A stretch of DNA of 64,000 nt from an uncultured Actinomycetota bacterium. Lineage in GTDB: Bacteria > Actinomycetota > Acidimicrobiia > Acidimicrobiales > Bog-793. The DNA lies in the NCBI GenBank assembly GCA_963758515.1, contig CAVWVO010000001.1, positions 529,110 through 593,109 of the forward strand. Reading direction: 5' to 3'. Below, one piece after another: positions 29,386 through 40,627 of this stretch; within the stretch, counting starts at the first letter, position 1, and each line of letters begins with the position of its first letter. The translations under genes and the position numbers were made by a program. The notes beneath the pieces are model-generated. The model made no database searches. It was not told the origin of the DNA and saw only the letters and a list, made by a program, of their open reading frames with translations.

Positions 29386-30515
29386 CCGCCGAGTGGGATG
29401 GCCGCCTCGATCCTGAGCGCTGCCGCGCAGAGCAGCTCTTCTGAGCCGGGACGGCCGACGAGCTGGAGGCTCGCAGGCGGGCGCCCGGGCGCCGGGACGG
29501 GCTGGGCGCTCGCAGGGTAGCCGGCCAGGTTGACCGGAGCGGTGAGAAGGTTGAACTCCCGCCCGAACCGATCGGGAAAGGGAGGGCGGGTCGAGAGGGT
29601 TGGCAGCGCCAGCACCTCGTAGCGCTGAAGGAGCGCCGCCAGGCTCTCGGTCCAGGTCCGCTTGACGGCGCCGGCTGCCACCAGTTCGGCGCTCGTGAGG
29701 CGGCCGGCTGCCGCCAACCGCTCGAAGATCGAGGGGCCGACGCCCTCAGGGTGATCCTCGACGAGACTGTGAAGGACCTCTCGTGCCTCAGCGACAAGGA
29801 GCCGCTGCTGGGCGGCCCAGGCGTTCCGCCAGCCCTCGAGCGGAACAGGCTCGAGCCTGAATCCCGCAGCTCGCAGCGCGGCGTCGATGGCCGCGTCGAT
29901 CACCGGGTCCACCTCGGCGCCGCTCGTAGCCGGGTCGGGCAGCAGGCGGCCGATCACGTCGGGGGTCTCGGCGGCGGCCTCGAAACCCGGCTCCATGAGC
30001 GCCATACCTGTCACGACGTCGCCCACGGCGGCACCGAGGACACCGACGGTGTCGAAGCTCGGAGCAAGAGGCCAGACGCCGTCGAGCGGCAGGCGGCCGT
30101 AAGTCGTCTTCAACCCCGCGACGGCGCAGCATGCCGCCGGGATCCTGACCGAGCCCCCCGTGTCGGACCCGAGCGCCACATCCGCCTCACCGGTCGCAAC
30201 GGCGACCGCCGACCCGGACGACGATCCTCCGGGCACCCGGCCGGGGTCGGCCGGGTTGACGGGCGTCCCGAACCACGGGTTGACCCCGCTCGTCCCGAAG
30301 GCCAGCTCGTGGAGGTTCACCTTGCCGACGAGGCGCCCCCCGGCCCGCCGGACTGCGGTTATGCACTGTGCGTCACGGGTGGCGACGACGCCGAGATCGG
30401 CGACGGCCCGGCACCCCGCCGTCGTGACGGAGCCGACGACGTCGATGAGGTCCTTCACGGCCACACTCGGTCCGTCGCCGGCCGGTGCGTCCCATTGCTC
30501 GATCCAGGTAGCCAT
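29373..30515 (-). CDS. amidase (amidase-signature family)
   Basis: Intact ORF with GGSSSGSAVAVA and the Ser-cisSer-Lys signature context (GSDTGGSVRIPA). Confidence 0.85.
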   Translation of the reverse strand: MATWIEQWDAPAGDGPSVAVKDLIDVVGSVTTAGCRAVADLGVVATRDAQCITAVRRAGGRLVGKVNLHELAFGTSGVNPWFGTPVNPADPGRVPGGSSSGSAVAVATGEADVALGSDTGGSVRIPAACCAVAGLKTTYGRLPLDGVWPLAPSFDTVGVLGAAVGDVVTGMALMEPGFEAAAETPDVIGRLLPDPATSGAEVDPVIDAAIDAALRAAGFRLEPVPLEGWRNAWAAQQRLLVAEAREVLHSLVEDHPEGVGPSIFERLAAAGRLTSAELVAAGAVKRTWTESLAALLQRYEVLALPTLSTRPPFPDRFGREFNLLTAPVNLAGYPASAQPVPAPGRPPASLQLVGRPGSEELLCAAALRIEAAIPLGGWRR

Positions 30516-30542
30516 TCCGGCGAAATGTAGGCCGTCGCGCCG

Positions 30543-31169
30543 TCAGCCCGCGCGCCCGCCTCGTCGGAAGCGGTCCGCCCCGGTCCGGTCGGCCGCTGCA
30601 ACCTGCGGGAGGTCCGGCCGGCCCGCCCGGCTGGGGCCCTCCGGGCCGATTGCCTCTCGCATCGCCCGGTTCAGCTCCGCCGGCCGCATCACGGTCATCT
30701 CGATGCGCGGGTTGGTCCACGGCAGCGGCACGCTGTCGCCGGACTTGTAGAAGCGCTCGCCATCCACCCAGCGCACGCCGAGCCCGGGCAGGACGGCGAC
30801 CCGGGCGCCCCTCGCAACCCACTGCAGCTTCGGATGCAGCGTGCCGGCGGCTTTGGACGCCTTGGCGATCCGCCGCGAGATGAAGGGGCGGCTGGGAGGA
30901 AGAACATCCTCGAGTGGCCTCGGTCGCCATACGCAGACGAAGATCGCTCCCGGCAGCTCACGATGGACAGCACGCAGGTCTGCCTCGCTCACGTCCCCCC
31001 TTCCCACGAGGTCGAACCGGCCCGCTTCGACGACATACCAGTCCGCGCCGGCGACGAGCTGCACGGCGCGGGGGCGCCGTTGCCCGTCGAGGAGCCCACC
31101 CGGAGCGGGCGTCACCGCTTCTCTGCCGATCTCCGTCGCCCTGTCACCACACCGACAGCATCCCAGCAC
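30543..31169 (-). CDS. hypothetical protein
   Basis: 208-aa ORF with no recognised motif. Start uncertain. Confidence 0.4.
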   Translation of the reverse strand: MLGCCRCGDRATEIGREAVTPAPGGLLDGQRRPRAVQLVAGADWYVVEAGRFDLVGRGDVSEADLRAVHRELPGAIFVCVWRPRPLEDVLPPSRPFISRRIAKASKAAGTLHPKLQWVARGARVAVLPGLGVRWVDGERFYKSGDSVPLPWTNPRIEMTVMRPAELNRAMREAIGPEGPSRAGRPDLPQVAAADRTGADRFRRGGRAG

Positions 31170-31231
31170 AGCCCGCTTTCAGCCTCTCCGGTATCCCCCA
31201 TCCCGGGAGACCGGTCGGTTACCTTCGAGCC

Positions 31232-32437
31232 GTGAGCGATCCCCGCCGAAGAGCACCGAGACCGCCGGGGAGCAGAGGACGCCCCCAGCCCGTGCCGTGG
31301 CATGCCCGGCCGGGCCTGTGGCTGCGCCGCCTCGACACCAAGCAGCGACTGGCGGCCGGGGCTGGTGTTGCCACCGCCGTCGCCCTCGTAATCGTCCTCA
31401 GCGTCGTGACGGCCTCCGGAGATCCGAGTCACCACCGCGGCGGGTCGACGTCGTCGTCGTCATCGAGCAGCAGTTCCTCGAGCACGTCGACCTCCCCCCG
31501 TCCCCATCTCGCCTCGGATCTCTGCCCGTTGACAGGTGTCCGGGCAAGAGGGGGCCACGTACCGGCGCGACCCGCCCTCGGCGTCAAGATCGGGAACGAT
31601 CCCTCCTCCCGCCCCCAGAGCGGCCTGCCGAACGCCGACATCGTCTACGAGGAGATGGCCGAGGGCGGCATCACCCGTTACCTGGCGATCTTCCAATGCA
31701 ACGCGGCGGCCGCACTCGGGCCCGCCCGATCGGTCCGCTGGGACGACTGGCACATCCTTGCCTCCTATGGCCACCCCATCCTCGCATTCTCCGGCGGCAT
31801 CAACCAGTGGGACGCCGTCGTGGCCAGCCTCAAGTGGCTCCACGATGCCAACGGCTCGATCTACCCGACTTCCAACGCCTACTACCGCACCACCGATCGG
31901 GTGCCTCCCTGGAACTACTACTCCTCGACGAAGGCCCTCTACGCCCTCTTCGCCCACGCAAAGGACGCTCCCCCGCCGCAGTTCGGCTACTCGAGCTCAC
32001 CGCCGGCCGCAGCAACGACTGCCGCCGGGGTGACGATCGGTGGCTTTGCAACAGGGGAGAACGTCGTCTGGAGATGGGACGGCGCGAGGAAGGCATTCAT
32101 GCGCTACTACGAAGCCGATGGTGTGAGCACGGCCGACCGGGACGCCGGCGGTCAGCAGCTGAGTGCCGCGAACGTGGTCGTAGAGACCGTCGCCACGAGG
32201 CGGGGGCCGTACGCCGAGAGCGGAACGGTGCCCGACGTGGAGAGCATCACCGAGGGTCACGGCAACGCCTACATCTTTCGCAACGGCAAAGTGGAAAGCG
32301 GCACCTGGAGCTGCCCCAAGTACGGCGACGTCACGAAGTACCGCTTCTCGAACGGCTCGGCGATGACGCTCTCTCCTGGCCACACCTGGGTCGAGCTCGT
32401 CCCAATCCACGGCTATCCGATCTCGATCCAGCACTGA
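31232..32437 (+). CDS. DUF3048-like secreted/membrane-anchored protein with a poly-Ser linker
   Basis: The GTG start is followed by a basic N-terminus, a TM helix (AGAGVATAVALVIVLSVV) and an S-rich linker. The core (PALGVKIGN...NADIVYEEMAEGGITRYLAIF...) resembles the YerB/DUF3048 family as I recall it. Confidence 0.65.
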   Translation: MSDPRRRAPRPPGSRGRPQPVPWHARPGLWLRRLDTKQRLAAGAGVATAVALVIVLSVVTASGDPSHHRGGSTSSSSSSSSSSSTSTSPRPHLASDLCPLTGVRARGGHVPARPALGVKIGNDPSSRPQSGLPNADIVYEEMAEGGITRYLAIFQCNAAAALGPARSVRWDDWHILASYGHPILAFSGGINQWDAVVASLKWLHDANGSIYPTSNAYYRTTDRVPPWNYYSSTKALYALFAHAKDAPPPQFGYSSSPPAAATTAAGVTIGGFATGENVVWRWDGARKAFMRYYEADGVSTADRDAGGQQLSAANVVVETVATRRGPYAESGTVPDVESITEGHGNAYIFRNGKVESGTWSCPKYGDVTKYRFSNGSAMTLSPGHTWVELVPIHGYPISIQH

Positions 32438-32538
32438 CCTCGAGAAGTATCGAGCCTCAGGGCGACGAGCTAGCCTGATCCGGCTGATCCGCCACGGGGA
32501 CCGGCCCCGGGTTCTCCCGGCAAGTGAGGTGGTGCTCA

Positions 32539-33765
32539 GTGAGGGTTCTGCTCGTCGGTGCCGGCGGTGTCGGGGAGGCGGCAGCTGTGTTGGCGGGAGA
32601 GAGGGGTTTCTTGGAGCGACTCGTCGTCGGCGACATCGCCGGCCATCGGGCCGCTCAGGTCGCCGAGCGGGCCCGCGGGGCTGGCACGGCCGCCGAGGGC
32701 GTCACCCTCGACGCCGGGGACTCAGCAGCCGTCGCCGAGCTCGCGCTGCAAGAGAAGGTCGACGTGATCTTCAACGCCTGCGACCCGAGATTCGTCCCCG
32801 CCATCTTCGATGCCGCCATGGCGGCGGGCACCGATTACCTCGACATGGCGATGTCCCTCTCGATACCGGATAGTGAGCGCCCATACGAGCAGGTCGGTCA
32901 GATCCTCGGCGCGCAGCAGTTCGCCGCCCATGAGATCTTCGCCGAGCGGGGCCGGCTCGCATTGGTGGGTTGCGGCGTAGAGCCCGGGCTGTCGGACGTC
33001 TTCGCCCGGTATGCATCCGACCACCTCTTCTCCTCGATGGACGAGGTCGGTGTCCGCGACGGGGCAAGCCTCGTGGTCGAGGGATACGACTTCGCCCCGA
33101 CCTTCAGCATCTGGACGACGATCGAGGAGTGCCTCAACCCCCCTGTCGTCTACGAGCGGGACCGGGGCTGGTACACGACCGAGCCCTTCTCCGAACCGGA
33201 GGTCTTCGACTTTCCCGACGGCATCGGGGAGACGACGTGTGTCAACGTCGAGCACGAGGAGGTGCTCCTCATCCCGCGCTTTCTCGACGTCGGGCGGGCG
33301 ACGTTCAAGTACGGCCTCGGCGACGAGTTCATCGGCGTGCTGCAGACCCTCCACAAGCTGGGCCTCGACTCGACAAGGCCGGTGAAGGTACGGGGCAAGG
33401 AAGTGGCGCCCCGCGATGTCGTGGCAGCCTGCCTGCCCGATCCGGCCACGCTCGGCGAGCGGATGGGAGGAAAGACATGCGCCGGCACCGCCGTCCGGGG
33501 GACGGACAAGGACGGCAACCCCCGCCAGGTGTACCTCTACCACGTCTCGGACAATGGCGAGACGATGGCTCGGCACGGCTGCCAAGCCGTCGTCTGGCAG
33601 ACCGCCATCGCCCCGGTCGCCGCCCTCGAGCTACGGGCGAACGGAGAGTGGCAGGGTGCCGGCGTGCTCGGCTGCGAAGCGTTCGACGCCGTCCCGCTCC
33701 TCGACATGATCACGTCCTATGGCGAGCAGTGGCACCTCCGAGAGGAGACCCCCGCGCCCGCCTGA
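32539..33765 (+). CDS. saccharopine dehydrogenase family NAD(P)-binding protein
   Basis: MRVLLVGAGGVGEAAA is a Rossmann motif. The length and ...LVGCGVEPGLSDV... are typical of the saccharopine / carboxynorspermidine dehydrogenase family. Confidence 0.75.
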   Translation: MRVLLVGAGGVGEAAAVLAGERGFLERLVVGDIAGHRAAQVAERARGAGTAAEGVTLDAGDSAAVAELALQEKVDVIFNACDPRFVPAIFDAAMAAGTDYLDMAMSLSIPDSERPYEQVGQILGAQQFAAHEIFAERGRLALVGCGVEPGLSDVFARYASDHLFSSMDEVGVRDGASLVVEGYDFAPTFSIWTTIEECLNPPVVYERDRGWYTTEPFSEPEVFDFPDGIGETTCVNVEHEEVLLIPRFLDVGRATFKYGLGDEFIGVLQTLHKLGLDSTRPVKVRGKEVAPRDVVAACLPDPATLGERMGGKTCAGTAVRGTDKDGNPRQVYLYHVSDNGETMARHGCQAVVWQTAIAPVAALELRANGEWQGAGVLGCEAFDAVPLLDMITSYGEQWHLREETPAPA

Positions 33766-33835
33766 GGCCGGCGGCCGATACGGTCCCGCTACGGCGGGCA
33801 CGGGCGGGCGAGAAGCGAGCCGCTCGTGGTCGTTC

Positions 33836-35344
33836 TCAGTCGATGGCGCTCATCACGTGCTTGACCCGGGTGTAGTCGTCAAAGCCGTACATCGACAGGT
33901 CCTTGCCGTAGCCCGAGTGCTTGAAGCCGCCGTGGGGCATCTCGGCGACGAGCGGGATGTGGGTGTTGATCCACACGCAGCCGAAGTCGAGGCCCTTCGC
34001 CATCCGCATCGCCCGGCCGTGGTCCCTCGTCCAAACGCTCGAGGCGAGGCCGTACTGCACGCCGTTCGCCCAGCTGAGCGCCTGTTGCTCGTCCGAGAAG
34101 CTCTGCACGGTGATGACCGGGCCGAAGATCTCGTTCTGGATCATCTCGTCGTCCTGGTGCAGCCCGGCCACGACTGTGGGCTCGAAGAGATAGCCGCGCT
34201 CGCCGATGTGGTGACCGCCGGCACGAACCTCGGCATGGGACGGGGTGCGCTCGAGGAAGCCGCTGACGCGAGCCAGCTGGTTGGCGTTGTTGAGCGGGCC
34301 GAAGTCGGCGTCCTCGACGTCGGTGCCTCCGGGTTTGGTCCCCTTGGCCCGCTCGACGAGCTCGGAGACGAAGTCGCCGTAGACGCCGGGGCCGGCGATC
34401 ACCCGCGTCGAGGCCGTGCAGTCCTGGCCGGCATTGAAGTAACCGGCACCGGCGATCGTCTCGGCTGCCTTCTCGAGGTCTGCGTCGTCGAAGATGATGA
34501 CCGGCGCCTTCCCGCCGAGCTCGAGGTGGACACGCTTCAGGTCGTGGGCGGCCGACTCGGCCACCTCCATCCCGGCACGGACCGAGCCGGTAACCGACAC
34601 CATCTGGGGAACGGGGTGGGCGACAAGGGCGCGGCCGGTGTCACGGTCGCCGCACACGACGTTGATCACCCCCGCCGGGAGATGCTCCGACATGATCTCT
34701 GCCATGAGAAGGGTCGAGACAGGTGTCGTGTCGGACGGCTTCAGCACGACGGTGTTGCCGGCGGCGATCGCCGGCGCCCACTTCCATACCGCCATCATCA
34801 TCGGGTAGTTCCACGGCGTCACCTGGGCGCAGACGCCGATCGGCTCACGGCGGATGAACGACGTGTGGCCCGACATGTACTCAGCAGCCGAGCGTCCCTC
34901 GAGATGACGCGCCGCTCCGGCGAAGAAGCGGATCTGGTCCACCATCGGCGGTACTTCTTCGGACATCGTGAGAGCGAACGGCTTGCCCGTGTTCTCGGAC
35001 TCGGCACCGACGAGCTCCTCCGCGTGGGCCTCGAGAGCATCGGCGATCCGGATGAGGGCCAGGCTTCTCTCTGAGGGGGTCTTCTCCCGCCAGATCTCGA
35101 AGGCTGCCGCCGCCGCCTCAAAGGCGGCATTGACATCGTCCTCACGCGAGAGCGGTGCCTCGGCGAAGGCCTCACCCGTGCTCGGGTTGATGAGCTCGCT
35201 CGTCTCACCGCTCTTGGTGTCGACGAACTGGCCGCCTATGAAGTTCTGCAGCCGGCGAAGGCTCGGACTCGTTCCCGTTCTCGCTTCCCACAGCTGACCT
35301 CCGAAGGCTGTCGTGGCTCTTTTCGTGACGATGCCAGGAGGCAT
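33836..35344 (-). CDS. NAD-dependent aldehyde dehydrogenase (aminobutyraldehyde dehydrogenase-like)
   Basis: Intact ORF with NFIGGQFVD..., VTPWNYP, the catalytic ELGGKAP and FNAGQDCTA motifs. The start is chosen at the internal ATG, giving about 500 aa. Confidence 0.9.
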   Translation of the reverse strand: MPPGIVTKRATTAFGGQLWEARTGTSPSLRRLQNFIGGQFVDTKSGETSELINPSTGEAFAEAPLSREDDVNAAFEAAAAAFEIWREKTPSERSLALIRIADALEAHAEELVGAESENTGKPFALTMSEEVPPMVDQIRFFAGAARHLEGRSAAEYMSGHTSFIRREPIGVCAQVTPWNYPMMMAVWKWAPAIAAGNTVVLKPSDTTPVSTLLMAEIMSEHLPAGVINVVCGDRDTGRALVAHPVPQMVSVTGSVRAGMEVAESAAHDLKRVHLELGGKAPVIIFDDADLEKAAETIAGAGYFNAGQDCTASTRVIAGPGVYGDFVSELVERAKGTKPGGTDVEDADFGPLNNANQLARVSGFLERTPSHAEVRAGGHHIGERGYLFEPTVVAGLHQDDEMIQNEIFGPVITVQSFSDEQQALSWANGVQYGLASSVWTRDHGRAMRMAKGLDFGCVWINTHIPLVAEMPHGGFKHSGYGKDLSMYGFDDYTRVKHVMSAID

Positions 35345-35570
35345 CCTTGCTCGCTGCCCGGGCGCAGTGATGCACCGGCGGCGGGCCTGGCCTGATCCTC
35401 GCAGAGATGGACCGGCGATGACAAGGGCGCCGGTGCGCCACGACAAGGGCTCGCTGGACCGGTGACAAGGGCGCCGTGCGCCGACGAGCGGCGCCGCGTG
35501 CGCGCCGTGCCGCGCGACGCTACCGGGTCACGGCACGTGCGGCGGTCGCTCTGCATTAGCGTCGCCGCCC

Positions 35571-37053
35571 ATGGCTGCCTCGACCTCGACCTCGAGCCCG
35601 CCTCTGACGCCGGCGCCGGCGATCTCGGATCCGACACGGTGGAGCGGGACGTCGTTCTGGTTCGACAGCCTTCCCGAGCCTGTGGCTGCCCGCGACCGCC
35701 TCACGCTCGGACATCGAGGTCGACGTGGCGATCGTCGGGGCCGGGTACACGGGCCTATGGACGGCCTATTACCTGTCCCGCGTCGACCCGCACCTCCGGA
35801 TCGCCGTGCTGGAACAGGAGGTGGCCGGCTTCGGCGCCTCGGGACGAAACGGCGGGTGGTGCTCGGCCCTCTTCGCCGCCTCGCCCGAGCGCATCGCCCG
35901 CCTCGAGGGAGCAGAGGCGATGCACCGTATGCGGCGGGCTATGCAGGACACCGTCGACGAGGTCGGCTCCGTCGCCTCTGTCGAGGGGATCGACTGCCAC
36001 TACCGAAAGGGAGGAACCCTCAGCCTCGCCCGCTCCCGCGCCCAGGCGGCCCGGGCCGAAGCCGAGATCGCCGCTCTGCGGGAACTCGGCATCGGCGAGG
36101 AGGACGTGCGCTGGTGTGGGCCGGCAGAGGCGACCTCGCTCATAGAGGCGACCGACGTCCTCGGCGGGGTCTACACGCCCCATTGCGCCGCCCTCCATCC
36201 GGCCCGCCTCGTCCGCGGGCATCGCCGCAGCCGCCGAGCGGCGCGGCGTGCAGATCTTCGAGCAGTCGCCCGTCCGGCGAGATCTCGCCAGCCGGCCCCC
36301 GCGGCAGCCTGAGGCGCCTCGAGACACCGGGCGGCCGCGTACGCGCCGAGATCGCCGTGCTGGCGACGGAGGGCTACACCTCCCTCCTCCCCGGGCACAA
36401 GCGCGAAGCGTCCCCCTCTACTCCCTCATGGTGGCGACCGAGCCACTCGGCGAAGAGGGCGTCGCGGCGCTCGGAGCAGCTTCTGGGGAGGCGCTCCGCC
36501 GGGGTCTCACCTTCACCGACGGGCGCCACCTGCTCATCTACGGCCAGCTGACGGCGGACGGGCGGCTCGCATTCGGCGGCAGGGGCGCCCCGTACCACTT
36601 CGGCTCGAGGGTCGCCGACTGCCTTCGACCAGGTGCCGGCCGTGCACAATGGCCTCCGCGAGACGCTCGGCGCAGCTGTTCCCCGTCACTCGGCGAGGTG
36701 CGCCTCACTCACACCTGGGGCGGCCCCCTCGGCGTCCACCGGGACTGGCACCCGTCGGTCGTCCTTCGACCGGCGGGCCGGCCTGGCGGCCGCCGGCGGC
36801 TACGTCGGAGACGGCGTCGGCACGAGCAACCTCGCCGGGCGGACGCTCGCCGACCTCATCTGCGGGCGGGAGACCGACCTCACCCGGCTCTGCTGGGTGG
36901 GCCACCGGTCGCCTGACATGGGAGCCGGAGCCGATGCGGTGGCTCGGGGTCAACGCCGGCCTCGCCCTCATGCACCGCGCCGACATGAGAGAGCACGCAA
37001 CCGGCCGCCCATCCCGGCTGGCGGCCGCCGTCGACCGCCTCACCGGGCACTGA
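35571..37053 (+). pseudogene. FAD-dependent oxidoreductase (DAO family, gamma-glutamylputrescine oxidase-like), about 9 frame breaks
   Basis: Conserved pieces alternate among all three frames: VAIVGAGYTGLWTAYYL...GASGRNGGW...; VQIFEQSPV; VRAEIAVLATEGYTSLLPG; PLYSLMVATEPL...DGRLAFGGRGAPYHFGS; VRLTHTWGGPLGVHRDW; AAAGGYVGDGVGTSNLAGRTLADLI; WEPEPMRWLGVNAGL...LTGH*. Confidence 0.75.
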
Positions 37054-37082
37054 GGCGCCACGGCTACGGTCGCACCGATTGC

Positions 37083-38448
37083 TCAGAGCGAGCGGAGTGC
37101 CTTCTCGAGCACCTCGAGGCCCTCGTTCAGTAGCTCGTCGGAGATGACGAGCGGTGGCAGGATCCGCACGACGTTGTCGTAGGTCCCCGCCCGGAGAACG
37201 ATGACGCCCTCCGAGTGGCAACGGGCGAGCACGGCGGAGGCAGCAGAGGGGTCCGGGGTCTTGGCGGCCCGGTCGGAAACGAGCTCGACGGCCGCCATCG
37301 CCGCCGATCACGCGGACGTCCCCGACCGCCTCGACCTCACCGCGCGAGCGGGCGCAGGCGACGCTCGAAGATCCCTCCGATCTCGCTCGCGCACGCTGGA
37401 GAAGCCCGAGCCGCTCCACCTCCTCGATCGCCGCCAGGGCGGCCGCGCACGAGATCGGGTTGCCGCCGAATGTGCCGCCGAGGCCGCCACCGTGGACGCG
37501 CGGCCAAGATGTCCGCCCGGCCGGTGACGCCGCCGATCGGCAGTCCACCGCCGAGGCCCTTTGCAGTCGTGATGATGTCGGGCACGATCGAGAAGTGCTC
37601 AGAGGAGAACCACCGACCCGTCCGGGCGAAACCGGCCTGCACCTCGTCGGCGACGAAGATGATCCCGTTCTCATGGCAGTACTCGGACAGTTGCGGAAGG
37701 AAACCGTCACCGGGGATGACGACTCCCCCTCCCCGAGGACCGGCTCGATCACGAGAGCGGCGATGCGGTCGCCGCCGATCTGGCGGTTCATCGCCGTGAT
37801 GGCAGCCTCGGCACAGGCCGGCCCGCACTCCTCGTAGGAAGCCCCGGCGGCGCACCGGTAGGGATAGCTGTAGGGCATCCGGTAGATCTCTGGCGCCAGC
37901 GGCCCAAAGCCGGCCTTGTAGGGCATCGCCTTCGCCGTCATGCTCATCGTGAGGAGCGTCCGGCCGTGGAAGGCGTGGTCGAAGACGACGACCGCCTGGC
38001 GCCCGGTGGCGGCGCGGGCAACCTTGACAGCGTTCTCGAGGGCCTCGGCGCCGGAGTTGACGAAGTACGTCCGACGGGCCACGTCGCCCGGCACCAGCTC
38101 GTTCAGGCGCTCCGCCAGCGCGACATAGCCCTCATAAGGGGTCACCTGGAAGCACGTGTGGGTGAAACGGGCGGCCTGCTCGGACACAGCTGCCGAGACC
38201 AGCTCCGAGGCCGAGCCGACCGTGAGAACGGCGATGCCGGCGCCGAGGTCGATGAACGAGTTGCCGTCCACGTCCAGCACCACCCCCCCGCCGGCCCGCT
38301 CGGCGAAGACGGGCATCGTCCCTCCCACGGCGTCGGGGACGGCAGCCCGGCGGCGTTCCATCAGGGCCAACGAGCGCGGGCCGGGAATCTCGGTCACAAG
38401 GGAGCGGCGTTGTGGGAGATCGGAGGGAGCCACTTCTTCACCTTTCAA
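37083..38448 (-). pseudogene. gabT: class-III aminotransferase (4-aminobutyrate aminotransferase-like), at least 4 frame breaks
   Basis: ...GNSFIDLGAGIAVLTVG...FFVNSGAEALENAVK...AFHGRT...ALVIEPVLGEG is in one frame. GVVIPGDGFLPQLSEYCHENGIIFVADEVQAGFARTGRWF...ITTAKGLGGGLPIGG is in another. GGTFGGNP is back in the first. The C-terminus MAAVELVSD...RILPPLVISDELL...* is in a third. Confidence 0.85.
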
Positions 38449-38524
38449 CAGGTCGTGCTGAATCAGTTGCTGCCGAGCTTAGTGACAACGGATTCCATTG
38501 ACAATCGTCGCCTTCGATGGAACA

Positions 38525-39065
38525 ATGAGCGCCATGGCGTCCCGAGTGTCTACCCGGGCAGGCGGGACCGGGACAGCCCGCCTCGGCGAACGGTCACGTC
38601 CGCCGTCAGGAAAAGCCTACGGTCCTCGACGAGATCTCGAAGAGCCTCGTAGAGGAGCTCCAACGCGACGGGCGCCGCTCGTATGCCGCTCTCGCCAAGA
38701 CGGTCGGCCTCTCGGAGGCGGCCGTGCGCCAGCGGGTCCGGCGGCTCCTTGACGACGGGGTGATGCAGATCGTCGCGGTGACCGATCCGCTGACTGTGGG
38801 CTTCTCCAGACAGGCGCTCGTCGGGATCAAGACCGACGGAGACCTCCGGGCAATCGCAGCCAAGCTTTCGAGCCTGCCGGAGCTCGAGTACGTCGTCGTG
38901 TGCGCCGGCTCGTTCGACCTGCTCGTCGAGCTCGTGTGCGAGGACGACGAGCACCTCCTCACGTTGCTCGACGAGTCCATCCGATCCATCGACGGGGTCC
39001 GCGAGACGGAGACCTTCGTCTACCTTCGCCTCGTCAAGCAGACCTATGCGTGGGGGACCCGGTAG
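38525..39065 (+). CDS. Lrp/AsnC-family transcriptional regulator; start codon appears to be out of frame
   Basis: VLDEISKSLVEELQRDGRRSYAALAKTVGLSEAAVRQRVRRLLDDGVMQIVAVTDP... is the HTH plus RAM domain. The open frame has no ATG/GTG/TTG between the stop at 38526 and the HTH. ATGs at 38525/38534 are in another frame. It is divergent from the aminotransferase. Confidence 0.75.
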
Positions 39066-39137
39066 GCCGAGGCTCGGCGGCATCCGACACCATCTACACC
39101 TACAGACCCGAGAGACACGAGAGACACGAGAGACGAC

Positions 39138-40574
39138 ATGAGCGACCGAATGACTTCCGAAGCGACCGAGGGAGAGATCCTCGACGAGCCCGTCGACCAC
39201 GGCGCCGGCTCTCGTCACGACGAGATGCAGGCAACGGCCCAGGAGCATCTCTGGCTCCACTTCAGCCGCATGGGCGCCTACAGCGACGAGAACCGCATCC
39301 CGATCATCGAGCGGGGCGAGGGGCCGTACGTCTACGACAATCACGGCAAGCGCTACCTCGACGGCTTGGCGGGCCTCTTCGTCGTCCAGCTCGGCCACGG
39401 GCGGAAGGATCTTGCCGAGGCGGCACGGGCCCAGGCCGAGAAGCTGGCCTACTTCCCGCTCTGGTCCTACGCCCACCCGGCGAGCGTCGAGCTCGCCGGC
39501 AGGCTGGCCGACTACACGCCGGGCGACCTGAACCGGGTGTTCTTCACGACCGGAGGCAGCGAGGCAGTGGAGACCGCCTGGAAGCTCGCCCGGCAGTACT
39601 TCAAGGCGATCGGGCAGCCCAGCCGGTACAAGGTGATCAGCCGCAACATCGCCTACCACGGGACGACGATGGGGGCGCTCTCGATCACCGGGATCCCGTC
39701 GGCCCGCCAGCCCTTCGAGCCTCTCGTGCCGGGGGCGCGTAAGGCGATGAACACCAACCGGTACCGATGCACCGACTGCTCGCACCTCGACAGCTGCACC
39801 CTCAGGTGCGCCGACTCCATCGAGCAGGTGATCGAGTTCGAGGGACCCGAGACGGTCGCCGCCGTCTTCATCGAGCCGGTGCAGAATTCCGGCGGCTGCT
39901 TCCCCCCGCCGGAGGGTTACCTGCAGAAGGTGCGCGAGATATGCGACCGCCACGGCGTGCTTCTCGTCTCGGACGAGGTCATCTGCGCCTTCGGGCGCCT
40001 CGGCGAGATGTTCGCCTGCAACCGCTATGACTACGTTCCCGACATCATCACGTGCGCCAAGGGCATGACGAGCGGCTATTCACCGATCGGAGCGATGATC
40101 GCGAGCGAGCGGCTGATGGAGCCGTTCCTCGCCCATGAGGCGAGCTTCGCCCACGGGATCACCTTCGGCGGCCATCCCGTCTCCTCGGCAGTCGCCCTCG
40201 CCAACCTCGCCGCCTTCGAGCGCGAAGGCATCATCGAGCACGTGCGCAAGCACGAGGGCGACTTCCGCGCCACCCTCGACCGGCTGAGCGAGCTGCCGAT
40301 CGTGGGTGAGATACGCGGGGCTGGCTTCTTCTACGGCATCGAGCTCGTGAAGGACAAGGCCACGAAAGAGACCTTCTCCCACGAGGAAGCCGAGTCCTTG
40401 CTACGGGGCTACATGTCACCTGCGCTCTTCGACGCCGGACTCATCTGCCGGGCGGACGACCGGGGCGACCCGGTCATCCAGCTCTCGCCGCCGCTCATCT
40501 GCGAGCAGGAGCAGTTCGACGAGATCGAGGGGATCCTCCACACCGTGCTCGAGGAGGCCGGAACGCGGCTCTAG
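39138..40574 (+). CDS. class-III (omega) aminotransferase, intact
   Basis: 478-aa ORF with ...FFTTGGSEAVETAWKLAR..., ..YHGTTMGALS.., ..LLVSDEVICAFGRLG.., and ITCAKGMTSGY carrying the PLP lysine. Confidence 0.85.
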   Translation: MSDRMTSEATEGEILDEPVDHGAGSRHDEMQATAQEHLWLHFSRMGAYSDENRIPIIERGEGPYVYDNHGKRYLDGLAGLFVVQLGHGRKDLAEAARAQAEKLAYFPLWSYAHPASVELAGRLADYTPGDLNRVFFTTGGSEAVETAWKLARQYFKAIGQPSRYKVISRNIAYHGTTMGALSITGIPSARQPFEPLVPGARKAMNTNRYRCTDCSHLDSCTLRCADSIEQVIEFEGPETVAAVFIEPVQNSGGCFPPPEGYLQKVREICDRHGVLLVSDEVICAFGRLGEMFACNRYDYVPDIITCAKGMTSGYSPIGAMIASERLMEPFLAHEASFAHGITFGGHPVSSAVALANLAAFEREGIIEHVRKHEGDFRATLDRLSELPIVGEIRGAGFFYGIELVKDKATKETFSHEEAESLLRGYMSPALFDAGLICRADDRGDPVIQLSPPLICEQEQFDEIEGILHTVLEEAGTRL

Positions 40575-40627
40575 GAGCACCAGAGGCCCCCCAGCGGCTG
40601 CCCGCGCCTGAGTAGGATCCCTTCTTC

